Below, piece after piece: positions 44,206 through 54,094 of a stretch of 61,655 nt of DNA. A model generated the notes under the pieces. The model was not told the origin of the DNA. It saw nothing but the letters and a program-made list of their open reading frames with translations, and searched no databases. Both the position numbers and the translations under genes were made by a program. This stretch comes from a virus (Duplodnaviria > Caudoviricetes), in IMG/VR virus record IMGVR_UViG_3300030372_004501, positions 1 to 61,655 of that record, one strand, 5' to 3'. Position 1 is the stretch's first letter; every line of letters starts with the position of its first letter.

Positions 44206-46511
44206 TGGCGATAGATAAAATACAAAAAGGTAAACGTTTATTAGAGCTTTTTAATAAGCTTAAAAAACCATTACCTGAAGTTAAAAACAAACTTCAACAA
44301 TCATTAGAAAATTTATCCGTTTCAATGAATAAGCAACGATTGACACTTGATGAAAGCGGCGAGGCTATCGGCCCAGGTGTTCATAATTACCAGAAGTTCG
44401 GTAAAAATGATTTTGAAGCGAGACAAAATTTTAGAAAAGATTATTATAAAGATCATCCAGAAGAATTAGCGGATTTAGAAATTGTTGCAAAAGCAGATGA
44501 AATTGTTGAACCTAAACAAATAACAAAAAAGAAATTTCCCTACCTTGATCCTGAAAACAATGCTAGAATTGTAACTGGCCCAAGAGAAGGATTAATGCGC
44601 TACCAGCTGCGTGGAACAATGGATCCTAACGACGTTAAACCTGTACAAAAATATGCTGTGTATGATTGGTGGGATGATGCTACAAATTCAATTAGAAAAA
44701 GTCCAAAATTTAAACACGTTAAAGATGATCAAGGTAATATTATAATGAAAGAAGAATTTAACATAGGTGGTGTTGTTAATAAGTTAAAAACAATTGGTTC
44801 TTTAACGAAAGGATTAAAAGCAGCAGAACCACTTGGTCCTGTATCCAAAGGACAAATGAAATTAGCTGCACCAAAAGGACCTTATTCAATAGCAGATCAA
44901 TCTGGTGTAAGGGTATTAGATAAAGATTTTGATACGGTAGAAGATGCACAAAAAGCTTTACAGGAATTATCAACATTAAGAACACAAGATGCATCAACAT
45001 TTAGAATATTTGGAGCACGTCCACCTAAGACAGCAAAAGGTGTATCTTACGGTGCACCAGAAGTAAAAACAGTTTCAAAACAAGATGAGGCACGTATGCC
45101 TTCTATGTTTTGGAAATCACGTGAAGAAATTGCAGAAGCAAACCAGAATGTGATGAGTGGAAAACAATGGCTTGCATATTTAAAGAATAAAGGTGTGGGC
45201 GATACAGAATTAAAAGATACATCATTAGGATATCATTTAATGTCAACTCCAAATGATAAAATAAAAAAATCAGAACTTTTATTAGAGTTTGATGAAATGG
45301 CACCTAAAATAGAAGCAAAGGTACTTGGATGGCGTGATACGAACTCACTTGTAAAAGATGCTAGATCTTTTATTAATAGTGTAATAAAAAGCCCACCCGT
45401 TTACATGGATCAAAAATCAAGAAGAATAATAAATAATATATATCCAGAAATGAATAGAATGAAAGAGATTCCTACAGGACCACAAATGGTGCGATTAAAA
45501 GAAATTGTAAATAAATCTTTTAAAGATGAGTTTGGTATTGATGAAATTATTGGCAAGGGACTTGACCCCGCAAAAAAAATGCCATTTATGGCAAAGAAAT
45601 TAGCACTTGTATTTGATGATATACTTAATCAAAAAGGAATTCAATATAATGTTGCAGGAAAACCAAAACACGCAGGCGACCAAACCATGAGTGGTGGACA
45701 AAATTACCAGGAAATTTTATTTTCCTACAAACCTGGTGTCTATAGACAAAATGAGAAAATATTTACAGAAGGTCATGATTTTGGTGCACAATCACCAGAT
45801 AACATGTTTGTGTGGGTTCGTTTCTCAGATAGAAATGATGAATATGGAAGAAAAATATTATTTGTAGAAGAAATACAATCAGACATGCACCAAGGTGCAC
45901 GTGGAAAGAAAAATAGTCCAGGGAAAGGATATGTTCCACGAAAAGACCTTTATGACCCTGATTCTTTAGAAGTTTCAAAAATAGAAACTGCTCTTGCAAA
46001 AATACAAAATCAAGTTGATGAAGCTGGTGGACTTAATGTTGGACCACTTCGTGCACAACAAGCAAAACTTATTAAAGAAAGTAAAAAATTAAAACCTGGT
46101 AAAAAAAGATATAAAGAATCATCTGATACGCCTGAAGGACCTTTCGCAGATTCAAAAGATTATGGACGATTTATAATGCAATACTTACTTCGTGCAGCAA
46201 AAGAAAGTGGTGATTATGACGGCGTTGCATTAGCGAGTGGTAAAATAAAAGGCCAGAGTAAAGTTGGATTTTATACTAACATTATGGTTCCACAAATGAA
46301 GAAAATATCAAAAAAAACAGGTGCAAAGTTTGATGAAACTGTTATAGTTGATGGAAATGGTGTACCACAAGACAATATTCCTGTCTTGCTTTTAAAAGAT
46401 AAAAAAGGTATACTACCATCAACAGAAAAAATGAAAAGCGGAATTTCAGCATACAACACGGGAGGATTGGTTAGAGATGCATTTGAACCTATTGTATCCC
46501 CTTTAATTTAA
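44205..46511 (+). CDS. Large multidomain protein with polyvalent-protein-like C-terminal domain
   Basis: QWLAYLK.KGV...EL, GGQNYQEIL, WVRFSDR...LFVEEIQSD.HQ, YDGVA motifs; FNIGG and YNTGG tags. Confidence 0.55.
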   Translation: MAIDKIQKGKRLLELFNKLKKPLPEVKNKLQQSLENLSVSMNKQRLTLDESGEAIGPGVHNYQKFGKNDFEARQNFRKDYYKDHPEELADLEIVAKADEIVEPKQITKKKFPYLDPENNARIVTGPREGLMRYQLRGTMDPNDVKPVQKYAVYDWWDDATNSIRKSPKFKHVKDDQGNIIMKEEFNIGGVVNKLKTIGSLTKGLKAAEPLGPVSKGQMKLAAPKGPYSIADQSGVRVLDKDFDTVEDAQKALQELSTLRTQDASTFRIFGARPPKTAKGVSYGAPEVKTVSKQDEARMPSMFWKSREEIAEANQNVMSGKQWLAYLKNKGVGDTELKDTSLGYHLMSTPNDKIKKSELLLEFDEMAPKIEAKVLGWRDTNSLVKDARSFINSVIKSPPVYMDQKSRRIINNIYPEMNRMKEIPTGPQMVRLKEIVNKSFKDEFGIDEIIGKGLDPAKKMPFMAKKLALVFDDILNQKGIQYNVAGKPKHAGDQTMSGGQNYQEILFSYKPGVYRQNEKIFTEGHDFGAQSPDNMFVWVRFSDRNDEYGRKILFVEEIQSDMHQGARGKKNSPGKGYVPRKDLYDPDSLEVSKIETALAKIQNQVDEAGGLNVGPLRAQQAKLIKESKKLKPGKKRYKESSDTPEGPFADSKDYGRFIMQYLLRAAKESGDYDGVALASGKIKGQSKVGFYTNIMVPQMKKISKKTGAKFDETVIVDGNGVPQDNIPVLLLKDKKGILPSTEKMKSGISAYNTGGLVRDAFEPIVSPLI

Positions 46512-46512
46512 T

Positions 46513-49020
46513 ATGGCAGATCAAAACAAAAATAATATTGATAAAGCATTAGAAGCGCTTAATCTAGGATTAGATATGGAACCGGATGCAGGATTAGAAG
46601 TTCCAGTGGATAATACTGTTGAATTTGATCCTGAATTTGAATTACAAGAAGATGGGTCGGCAATTATTCCTGATGATACTCCAATGCAACCACCAACTGA
46701 TCATGGTGCTAATTTAGCAGAGTTTGTAGAAGAAGAGGAACTTGGACGATTAGCAAGTGACTTAATTGGATTTTTTGAAAGTGATAAAGATACAAGAAAA
46801 GATTGGGAAGATACGTATATCAAAGGACTTGATATGCTTGGGTTTAAATATGAAGACCGTACACAACCTTTTGAAGGTGCAAGCGGCGTTGTTCATCCTC
46901 TTTTAGCAGAATCCGTTACACAATTTCAAGCACAAGCATATAAAGAACTTCTTCCAGCAAGCGGACCAGTTAATTGTCAAATTATAGGTGATACAACACC
47001 ACAGATAGAAGAACAAGCAATGCGTGTCAAAGAATTTATGAATTACCAACTTACAACTGTTATGAAAGAGTATGATCCTGAATTAGATCAAATGCTTTTT
47101 TATTTACCTCTTGCAGGTTCAGCTTTTAAAAAAATTTATTTTGATGGTCAACTTAACCGTGCTGTTTCTAAATTTATATCTAGTGAAGATTTAATAATAG
47201 ATTATTTTGCAACTGATATAGAAAGCGCACAACGTGTTACACATTGTATTAAAATGAGTAGCAATGATTTAAGAAAAAATCAAGTAAGCGGATTTTACCG
47301 TGACGTTGAACTACAAGGTGGAACTGTTGAAACATCAGACATAGAAGATAAAGTTAATGTATTAGAAGGAACAGAACAAACGCATGGGTCAGATGATGAA
47401 GAACATTTAGTATTAGAAGTTCATACATATTTAGATTTAAAAGGATTTGAAGATCCTAATGGTATTAAACTTCCTTACATTGTAACAATTGATAAATTTT
47501 CCCAAGAAGTTTTGTCTATTAGACGAAACTGGGATGAAAATGACGAAACAAAAAATAAAAAACAATATTTTGTACACTTTAAATTCCTCCCAGGACTAGG
47601 GTTTTATGGCTTTGGTCTAATACATATGCTAGGTGGGTTATCAAGAACTGCAACAAGTGTTTTGCGGCAATTAATTGATGCAGGTACTCTTGCTAACTTA
47701 CCAGCAGGTTTCAAGGCACGTGGCATGCGCATACGTGATCATGATGAACCTTTACAACCAGGAGAATTTAGAGATGTAGATGTAACAGGAACTTCTATTA
47801 AAGAATCACTATTACCTCTTCCTTATAAAGAACCAAGTACAACTTTATTTCAATTATTAGGATTTGCAGTTGACGCGGGTAAATCATTTGCAGCAATAGC
47901 AGATATGAAAATGGGTGAAGGTAATGAACAAAATCCTGTTGGCACTACATTAGCTTTGTTGGAAAGAGGAACAAGAGTTATGAGTGCAATTCACAAAAGA
48001 ATGCACTATGCACAAAAATTAGAGTTTACATTATTAGCAGATGTTCTTAAATCATATTTACCGCCGGAATACCCTTACATGGTTTCAGGTGGAAATAAAT
48101 CTATTAAAGCTCAAGATTTTGATGAACGTGTAGATATTATTCCAATTAGTGACCCTAATATATTTTCTATGTCACAACGTATTATGTTGGCACAACAACA
48201 ATTACAATTAGCGCAATCAAATCCAATGTTACATAATGTACGTGAAGCGTATAGAAGAATGTATATGGCGATGGGTGTGGATAATGTGGATGCAATTTTA
48301 AAACCAGATCCTAATATTCCTAAACCTAAAAGTCCTGCAATGGAAAATGCATTATCAATGCGTGGTGAACAACCACAAGCGTTTGCAAAACAAAATCATC
48401 CTGAACACATGAAAACTCATGCTGATTTTATTGCTACAAGAATGGTTCAAATTAATCCACAACTTTATGCAATGATGGAATCACACATATTAGAACATAT
48501 TGCATTACTTGCAGCAGAACAAGTGGAACAAGAAATGATGAAAGAGACACAACAAGTTACACAAATGATGCAACAAGCACAACAAAATCCTCAAATGGCA
48601 CAACAAGCACAAATGGCACAACAACAATTGATGGAACAAAAAGAATCTAGAATTGCTGCTGTGGAAGCAGAGTTAGTTCAAAAAATGCTTGAAGAAGAAA
48701 GAAGACGAACAGAAGAGATGGCTGATGACCCACTTGTTAAACTTAAACAACAAGAAATTGATCTTCGTGCTATGGAAACATTAATAAAACAAAAAGAAGA
48801 AAAAGAACGATTGAAAAAAGACTTTACAATTGATACAGAAAGATTAGACTTGGATCGTGATAAATTAGAAGCTCAAATAGGAGTTGATCTAATAAAACAA
48901 CAGACTGCGGATGCTGATTTACAAAGCAAAGAAAAATTAGCTACATTAAAAGAAAATATGTCTGTCGTGCGCGAACAAATGAAGGGTAAAGTAAATGGAA
49001 CGAAACCTAAAAAAGATTAA
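46513..49020 (+). CDS. Portal protein
   Basis: 835 aa after terL; R..WE..Y..GL, HPLLAESVTQFQAQA, LPLAGSAFKK, PGLGFYGFGL, PGEFRDVD; Gln-rich coiled-coil tail (P22-like). Confidence 0.9.
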   Translation: MADQNKNNIDKALEALNLGLDMEPDAGLEVPVDNTVEFDPEFELQEDGSAIIPDDTPMQPPTDHGANLAEFVEEEELGRLASDLIGFFESDKDTRKDWEDTYIKGLDMLGFKYEDRTQPFEGASGVVHPLLAESVTQFQAQAYKELLPASGPVNCQIIGDTTPQIEEQAMRVKEFMNYQLTTVMKEYDPELDQMLFYLPLAGSAFKKIYFDGQLNRAVSKFISSEDLIIDYFATDIESAQRVTHCIKMSSNDLRKNQVSGFYRDVELQGGTVETSDIEDKVNVLEGTEQTHGSDDEEHLVLEVHTYLDLKGFEDPNGIKLPYIVTIDKFSQEVLSIRRNWDENDETKNKKQYFVHFKFLPGLGFYGFGLIHMLGGLSRTATSVLRQLIDAGTLANLPAGFKARGMRIRDHDEPLQPGEFRDVDVTGTSIKESLLPLPYKEPSTTLFQLLGFAVDAGKSFAAIADMKMGEGNEQNPVGTTLALLERGTRVMSAIHKRMHYAQKLEFTLLADVLKSYLPPEYPYMVSGGNKSIKAQDFDERVDIIPISDPNIFSMSQRIMLAQQQLQLAQSNPMLHNVREAYRRMYMAMGVDNVDAILKPDPNIPKPKSPAMENALSMRGEQPQAFAKQNHPEHMKTHADFIATRMVQINPQLYAMMESHILEHIALLAAEQVEQEMMKETQQVTQMMQQAQQNPQMAQQAQMAQQQLMEQKESRIAAVEAELVQKMLEEERRRTEEMADDPLVKLKQQEIDLRAMETLIKQKEEKERLKKDFTIDTERLDLDRDKLEAQIGVDLIKQQTADADLQSKEKLATLKENMSVVREQMKGKVNGTKPKKD

Positions 49021-49237
49021 AGAGTATATAGAAAAGACTCAAAAGCTTGTTTTATCGGAAACAACAGAGCTTCCAGATGATCAACTTTTGTTTTGTGCTG
49101 CAATGGTTTCTGTGATAAGAGATATTTACTTGACAAAATTGGGACCTGAACAAACCCATATGATATTTGATCAACTAGCGGCTAGTTTTGAGATTATGGA
49201 TAATTACATAACTCACGAAAGCCCAACGATACATTAG
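48995..49237 (+). CDS. Hypothetical protein
   Basis: Short helical ORF after portal. Confidence 0.55.
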   Translation: MERNLKKIKEYIEKTQKLVLSETTELPDDQLLFCAAMVSVIRDIYLTKLGPEQTHMIFDQLAASFEIMDNYITHESPTIH

Positions 49238-49245
49238 GAGAAAAA

Positions 49246-49782
49246 ATGGTTACAGGATTATCAGCAACAATTATAAGACGATTGAGAAATCAAATGGCGA
49301 AATCATCAAAAAGTACAGCGCGTGAGCGTGCAATTGCAAGAGCTGGGAAAAAAGGACAAAAAGGACCACTTGCTAGAATATTATCAAAATCAAGAACAGG
49401 AAAACCAAGTCCACACGTAGATCCTCCTAAACGAAAAAGAATGACGTCAGATGACTATAAGAAGTTTTTGGATAAATATGCACCAAAACCAAAAAAAATA
49501 CGAAAAACGACACCAATGAAAAAAGGTGGACCAGCTGATAAACGTGACCCAGGATTCATGAAAAGAATGAAACCTGGAGCAAAACAAAGAGATACATACA
49601 CAACCACTTTTCATAAAAGTAAAGAAGCAGCTAAAAAAGATAAAGGAAAGCTTGGTACACCTGGAGAAAAAATGAGAACAATTAGGGGTAAAATAGCGGC
49701 TGGAAAAGCACGTACTAAAAAAGTGTTAAGAGGTGGTTTTGATATAGGTAAGAAAATACGTTATCAAAGACGAGGAAAATAA
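49246..49782 (+). CDS. Lys/Arg-rich basic protein
   Basis: AGGAG RBS; MKKGGPA motif. Confidence 0.7.
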   Translation: MVTGLSATIIRRLRNQMAKSSKSTARERAIARAGKKGQKGPLARILSKSRTGKPSPHVDPPKRKRMTSDDYKKFLDKYAPKPKKIRKTTPMKKGGPADKRDPGFMKRMKPGAKQRDTYTTTFHKSKEAAKKDKGKLGTPGEKMRTIRGKIAAGKARTKKVLRGGFDIGKKIRYQRRGK

Positions 49783-50219
49783 TGGCTCTTGATAAAGTAT
49801 TAAAGATATTTAAAAAAGCTAAAGATTTAAAGTCTGGCGTGAAAACTGCCATTAAAGAAGTTGGTAAAGAAAAATTTAAAAAACACGCAAAAAACGTTCC
49901 AGAAGTAGTTCGCGGCAATATTCTTAAAAAAGATATTAAAAAAGGTAAAAAACAGGCTGCTAAAACTAAAGCTGTTCCACATCAACCAATTAGATATACT
50001 AAGGAAGAGCTTAAACGAATGCGAAGTGAAGCGAGAGCTTCACAACGAGGTGTTAAAGCTTGGAAGACAAGAAAAAAAGCAGTTAAAGAAGGAAAAAAAC
50101 CGGATCGACACTCTCTTCTTGGTAAAAAAGGATATAATTATCACTTGCTAAGTGAAGGTGGTTCTGTTAGAAAATCACGCCCCGCAAAACGCGGATGGGG
50201 CGCAACTAAACGAAAATAG
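49782..50219 (+). CDS. Lys-rich basic protein
   Basis: TAATG-coupled; LSEGGSV then AKRGWGA. Confidence 0.7.
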   Translation: MALDKVLKIFKKAKDLKSGVKTAIKEVGKEKFKKHAKNVPEVVRGNILKKDIKKGKKQAAKTKAVPHQPIRYTKEELKRMRSEARASQRGVKAWKTRKKAVKEGKKPDRHSLLGKKGYNYHLLSEGGSVRKSRPAKRGWGATKRK

Positions 50220-50227
50220 GAGGAAAT

Positions 50228-50362
50228 ATGAAGTTATTGAAAGATATTTGGGGACATCTCAAAGAATGGAATGACTGGGGAATGAAGGACTGGATTAAAG
50301 CCGGTATCGTTGCCATAGTTGTTTTAATTGTCCTTAAAGCAATAATATTGCCGGGTGCTTAA
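50228..50362 (+). CDS. 44-aa membrane protein
   Basis: MKLLKDIWGHLKEWNDWGMKDWIKAGIVAIVVLIVLKAIILPGA*; AGGAGG RBS (not in ORF track). Confidence 0.7.
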   Translation: MKLLKDIWGHLKEWNDWGMKDWIKAGIVAIVVLIVLKAIILPGA

Positions 50363-51342
50363 TGGCTGACGCTAGAGAACGATACATAGCAAAATCAAAC
50401 ACTCCAGCAATAGGAAGTTATGGTGGTGGAGAAGACTTTGGATCTCCTTTTGTAGGAGGCCAAGGTCAACCACCAGGAACAACGAATGAAGCTAGTGTAC
50501 CTTATGGTGGTAGCACACCTACAGTCGCACCCCCACGTAGTAGTAGTGGTAATACGAACCTAGATAATATAGTTTTAAACACAACAGGTTCTGGAGCTAC
50601 AGGTGGAGAAGATAAATTATCTTCTAGTGCTAATTTTTTTGGAGTAGGACTAAATGATCCATTTGGATTAGACCCAAAATTTGGAATTGATAATTATTAT
50701 AAATATCTTATGGATCAACAAGAGGCTACAGGAAATCAATTTTTACCTGATTATACAAAAAATTTAATTACTAATGAACCAGCTGAAGCTAACCTTATGC
50801 CCAATATACCCAATGTTCCAAATACAGGATTTGATTTGAATCCATTACCTGGAGTTCTAGGTGGAGGAGAGCCTGGTATAGGTTATAAAGGAGATAATTT
50901 TAGTTTTGGTCTTGATATTGATCCTAATCTTAATTTAGGAAATATGTCTATTAATCCTACAGCAACAGCAAATTTTCAATATAGTTTTGATAAAGGTGGA
51001 CCAGTTGGTGGACCAGAAATCGATCAAAGTGGAATTGCATCATTATATCCAGAAATGTCTGAAAAACCACGTAAATCTTTTGGCGCAACAAGAGAAAATG
51101 TAGGGGAACAATTAGAAGCATTTAGAAATGCTCCAGTTCACGTTGATCCACCTAACATAGGATTTATGGGTGAAAAAATACCAGCACCATTATTTGATCG
51201 TGCAATGAAATATTTAGAAAGTTTGCCTCCTTCTGAAAGAGCAGTTATAGAAGAAATGTTTAGAGAAAATATAATGAAAAAAAGAATGCAAGAGATTGAA
51301 GAAATGCAACAATCACAATCAATTCCTACTTTAGATGCTTAA
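50362..51342 (+). CDS. Gly/Pro/Asn-rich hypothetical protein
   Basis: Low-complexity; FDKGGPV and SGIASL motifs. Confidence 0.6.
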   Translation: MADARERYIAKSNTPAIGSYGGGEDFGSPFVGGQGQPPGTTNEASVPYGGSTPTVAPPRSSSGNTNLDNIVLNTTGSGATGGEDKLSSSANFFGVGLNDPFGLDPKFGIDNYYKYLMDQQEATGNQFLPDYTKNLITNEPAEANLMPNIPNVPNTGFDLNPLPGVLGGGEPGIGYKGDNFSFGLDIDPNLNLGNMSINPTATANFQYSFDKGGPVGGPEIDQSGIASLYPEMSEKPRKSFGATRENVGEQLEAFRNAPVHVDPPNIGFMGEKIPAPLFDRAMKYLESLPPSERAVIEEMFRENIMKKRMQEIEEMQQSQSIPTLDA

Positions 51343-51727
51343 CTTATTATTAAAACCATTATTGGGCGTTGCCTCTCAAGCCGTCACTGGCTTTGTAGAA
51401 ACAAAAAAAGCGAAAGCTCAATTAAAACTAACAGAAGTACAAGCAGCAACTAAATTAAAACAAGACCAGATCGCCGGAAAAGTGGCGTGGGAAGCATCGG
51501 CCGTGGACCAAATGAAAGGGTCGTGGAAAGATGAGCTAATTTTAATTTGCCTTTTAGGGCCTGCCGTTTTAGTATTTTTTCCAGGAATGACTGCACATAT
51601 AGAAGCTGGGTTTGTTGCACTGCAACAACTCCCGGATTATTACAAACATTTATTATATATCGCTTGTTCAGCAAGCTTTGGCATAAAAGGCGCTAAAGGT
51701 GCAATGGGTTTAATTAAGAAAAAATAG
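51335..51727 (+). CDS. Holin-like membrane protein (GTA 3TM-holin-like)
   Basis: SWKDE + TM helix, GFVALQQLPDYY + TM ending SFG. Confidence 0.6.
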   Translation: MLNLLLKPLLGVASQAVTGFVETKKAKAQLKLTEVQAATKLKQDQIAGKVAWEASAVDQMKGSWKDELILICLLGPAVLVFFPGMTAHIEAGFVALQQLPDYYKHLLYIACSASFGIKGAKGAMGLIKKK

Positions 51728-51736
51728 GAGGCTAGT

Positions 51737-52144
51737 ATGGTAATGTCATCATTAATAAAATCAGCAAAAAAATTAAAGAAACACATGGGTAAGGTAAAAT
51801 CTAGACCTAGAGGGCCAGCAGGTGGACCAACTCCGAAAAAGAAAAAAATGAAAGCAGGTGGCGTTGCCATGAAAGCCGACATCAATAAAAATAAAAAAAT
51901 TGAACCTTGGGAAGCAGCTCGATCTAGAGCTATTACAAAATCAATGGCTAAAAAGAAAACAGGAATGAAAAAAGGTGGATCTGTTAAAAAAGGCACACAT
52001 GTAACAAAAGAAGGTAAAACAGCTAAAAAAGGATTGTGGTATAATATTCATCAAAAAAGAAAACGTGGTGAAACCATGAGAAAGAAAGGTGCTAAAGGTG
52101 CACCAACAGCAGCAGCGTTGAAAAGAAGTCAAAGCCGTGGCTAA
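51737..52144 (+). CDS. Lys-rich basic protein
   Basis: MKAGGV and MKKGGSV motifs; KKGLWYNIH.KRKR...GAPT module. Confidence 0.7.
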   Translation: MVMSSLIKSAKKLKKHMGKVKSRPRGPAGGPTPKKKKMKAGGVAMKADINKNKKIEPWEAARSRAITKSMAKKKTGMKKGGSVKKGTHVTKEGKTAKKGLWYNIHQKRKRGETMRKKGAKGAPTAAALKRSQSRG

Positions 52145-52418
52145 AACGGCAGCATGGCAACGTAAAGAAGGTAAAAGCAAATCGGGTGGATTAAATCGTA
52201 AAGGTATTGCATCTTATCGTGCTAAAAATCCTGGCTCTAAACTTAAGATGGCAGTTACAACAAAACCATCTAAATTAAAAAAAGGATCTAAATCTGCTAA
52301 AAGAAGAAAAAGTTTTTGTGCTAGAATGTCTGGTATGAAAAAAAGTCGTACAAGTGCAAAAACAGCAAATGATCCTAATTCTAGAATAAATAAATCCTTG
52401 CGAAAATGGAATTGTTAG
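52137..52418 (+). CDS. Basic conserved phage protein (DUF6321-like)
   Basis: AWQRKEGK..SGGLN.KG..SY...RRKSFCARM...SRINKSLRKWNC. Confidence 0.7.
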   Translation: MAKTAAWQRKEGKSKSGGLNRKGIASYRAKNPGSKLKMAVTTKPSKLKKGSKSAKRRKSFCARMSGMKKSRTSAKTANDPNSRINKSLRKWNC

Positions 52419-52426
52419 TATATAAT
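52398..52426 (+). promoter_or_regulatory. sigma70 promoter for groES/scaffold/capsid operon
   Basis: TTGCGA-N17-TATAAT. Confidence 0.7.
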
Positions 52427-52434
52427 TTGCATGA

Positions 52435-52629
52435 ATGAATGATGAAAACGCCATTTATTTAATCTTAAAAAAGATTAGGGCGCGAAAAGAAGAGTTAAAA
52501 GAAATCATAGCAGCTGGATTACCTAGCTGGGATGAGTACAACAAAACCGTAGGAGAGAATAAAGCCTACGCAATTATGGAACAGGAAATACAAGACCTGC
52601 AGAAAGACGAAGATGGCAGTAATACCTAA
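52435..52629 (+). CDS. Small conserved head-module protein
   Basis: Helical 64 aa with W.EY...VG motif, upstream of groES. Confidence 0.65.
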   Translation: MNDENAIYLILKKIRARKEELKEIIAAGLPSWDEYNKTVGENKAYAIMEQEIQDLQKDEDGSNT

Positions 52630-53110
52630 AAGAAAATTTGCTTTAGAAGAAAAAGATTTATCAATTGAAGCAGATAAAAATAATGAAGTAGCAGAAGAAA
52701 AAGAAAATCGTTTTCTTAAAAAAATACAAGAAGATGCTGCAGCTAATATAGAGCACTTACCAACAGATAAAGTATTAGAACGTTTACCAAATCCAACAGG
52801 GTGGCGTTTATTAGTTTTACCATACAAGGGACAAGGTAAAACAAAAGGTGGTGTAATATTAACAGATGAAACAATGCAAGAGCGTACCTATACAACAGTC
52901 ACAGGTTTAGTATTAAAAGTTGGACCAGATGCATATAAAGATGAAACAAGATTTCCAGATGGACCTTGGTGTAAGAAAAACGATTGGATTATATTTGGTC
53001 GTTATGCTGGATCAAGATTTGGAATAGAAGGTGGTGAAGTGAGAATACTTAATGATGACGAGATAATTGCTGTGGTAAAAGACCCAGAGGATATCTTGCA
53101 ATATAAATAA
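52613..53110 (+). CDS. groES: Co-chaperonin GroES (Cpn10) with N-terminal extension
   Basis: P.GWRLLV...KTKGGVIL...G.VLKVGP...RYAG......RILNDDEIIAVV. Confidence 0.92.
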   Translation: MAVIPKRKFALEEKDLSIEADKNNEVAEEKENRFLKKIQEDAAANIEHLPTDKVLERLPNPTGWRLLVLPYKGQGKTKGGVILTDETMQERTYTTVTGLVLKVGPDAYKDETRFPDGPWCKKNDWIIFGRYAGSRFGIEGGEVRILNDDEIIAVVKDPEDILQYK

Positions 53111-53121
53111 CAGGAGGAAAA

Positions 53122-54090
53122 ATGCCTGCAGAACAAGCAACTAAAATAGAGCCACAATCAGAAGCTGACGCAAAAATGGTAGACTTACCAGATAATGGTC
53201 CAGCTATTGATGTGGAACTTCCCATTAAATCTAAAAAAACTATTAATCCTGATCCAGAACCGGAAGCAGTTGAAACAGAAGTTAAAACTGAAGAATCTGA
53301 AAAGCAAACGGCATCTAATGAGGAAATGGAAGATTATGGGAAAAAAGTACAATCCCGTATAGATAAATTAACAAAAAAGTTAAGAGAATCTGAAAGACGT
53401 GAACAAGCAGCCACTGAATACGCTAAAAATGTATATAGTGAAAATAAAAGTTTACAAGAAAAAGCTTCAGCTTTGGATGATGGATATGTTGATCAATATA
53501 ATACACGAGTTCAAAGTGAATTAGAAGCTGTTAAGAAACAATTAAAAACAGCAGTTGAAACAGGTGATATTGATGGACAAGTAGCAGCAAATCAAGCTTT
53601 AGCCAGATTATCTGTTGAATCTGAAAGAGTTCAAGCAACACAAGCCAAGAAAGAAAAATTAAAAAAACAACAAGGAGAACAAAAAGATGGTCAACAATAC
53701 CAGGATCAATATGTTGCTCCTCAAATGCCACCTCCACCTACTCCAGACCCTAGAGCTGAAAGTTGGGCGGAAAAAAATGAATGGTTTGGTAAAGATGAAC
53801 CAATGACCTTGACATCTTTCTCAATTCATCGTAAACTGGTAGAGAAAGGTATTGACCCATCGACAGATGAGTATTATACTGAAATTGACAAACAAATGCG
53901 TGAAAATTTCCCGCATAAGTTTGAAGATACAAAACAAGTTTCGCCACCTTCTCAGACAGTAGCCTCTGCTAATAGAGGTGCTCCTGTTAAGGCGCGCAAA
54001 GGTACTGTGAGACTCACACCATCACAAGTAGCCATAGCAAAAAAACTAGGTGTGCCACTAAGCGAATATGCGAAGTACGTGAAGGAGTAG
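53122..54090 (+). CDS. Capsid scaffolding protein
   Basis: Acidic N-terminus, long coiled coil, W...N.WFG, C-terminal LT.SQ..IAKKLGV...EYAKY. Confidence 0.7.
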   Translation: MPAEQATKIEPQSEADAKMVDLPDNGPAIDVELPIKSKKTINPDPEPEAVETEVKTEESEKQTASNEEMEDYGKKVQSRIDKLTKKLRESERREQAATEYAKNVYSENKSLQEKASALDDGYVDQYNTRVQSELEAVKKQLKTAVETGDIDGQVAANQALARLSVESERVQATQAKKEKLKKQQGEQKDGQQYQDQYVAPQMPPPPTPDPRAESWAEKNEWFGKDEPMTLTSFSIHRKLVEKGIDPSTDEYYTEIDKQMRENFPHKFEDTKQVSPPSQTVASANRGAPVKARKGTVRLTPSQVAIAKKLGVPLSEYAKYVKE

Positions 54091-54094
54091 GCAT

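Noticed and set aside
9682-48284. Perfect DnaA boxes at 9682 and 48276
   Set aside because: Isolated copies inside coding sequence, consistent with chance background
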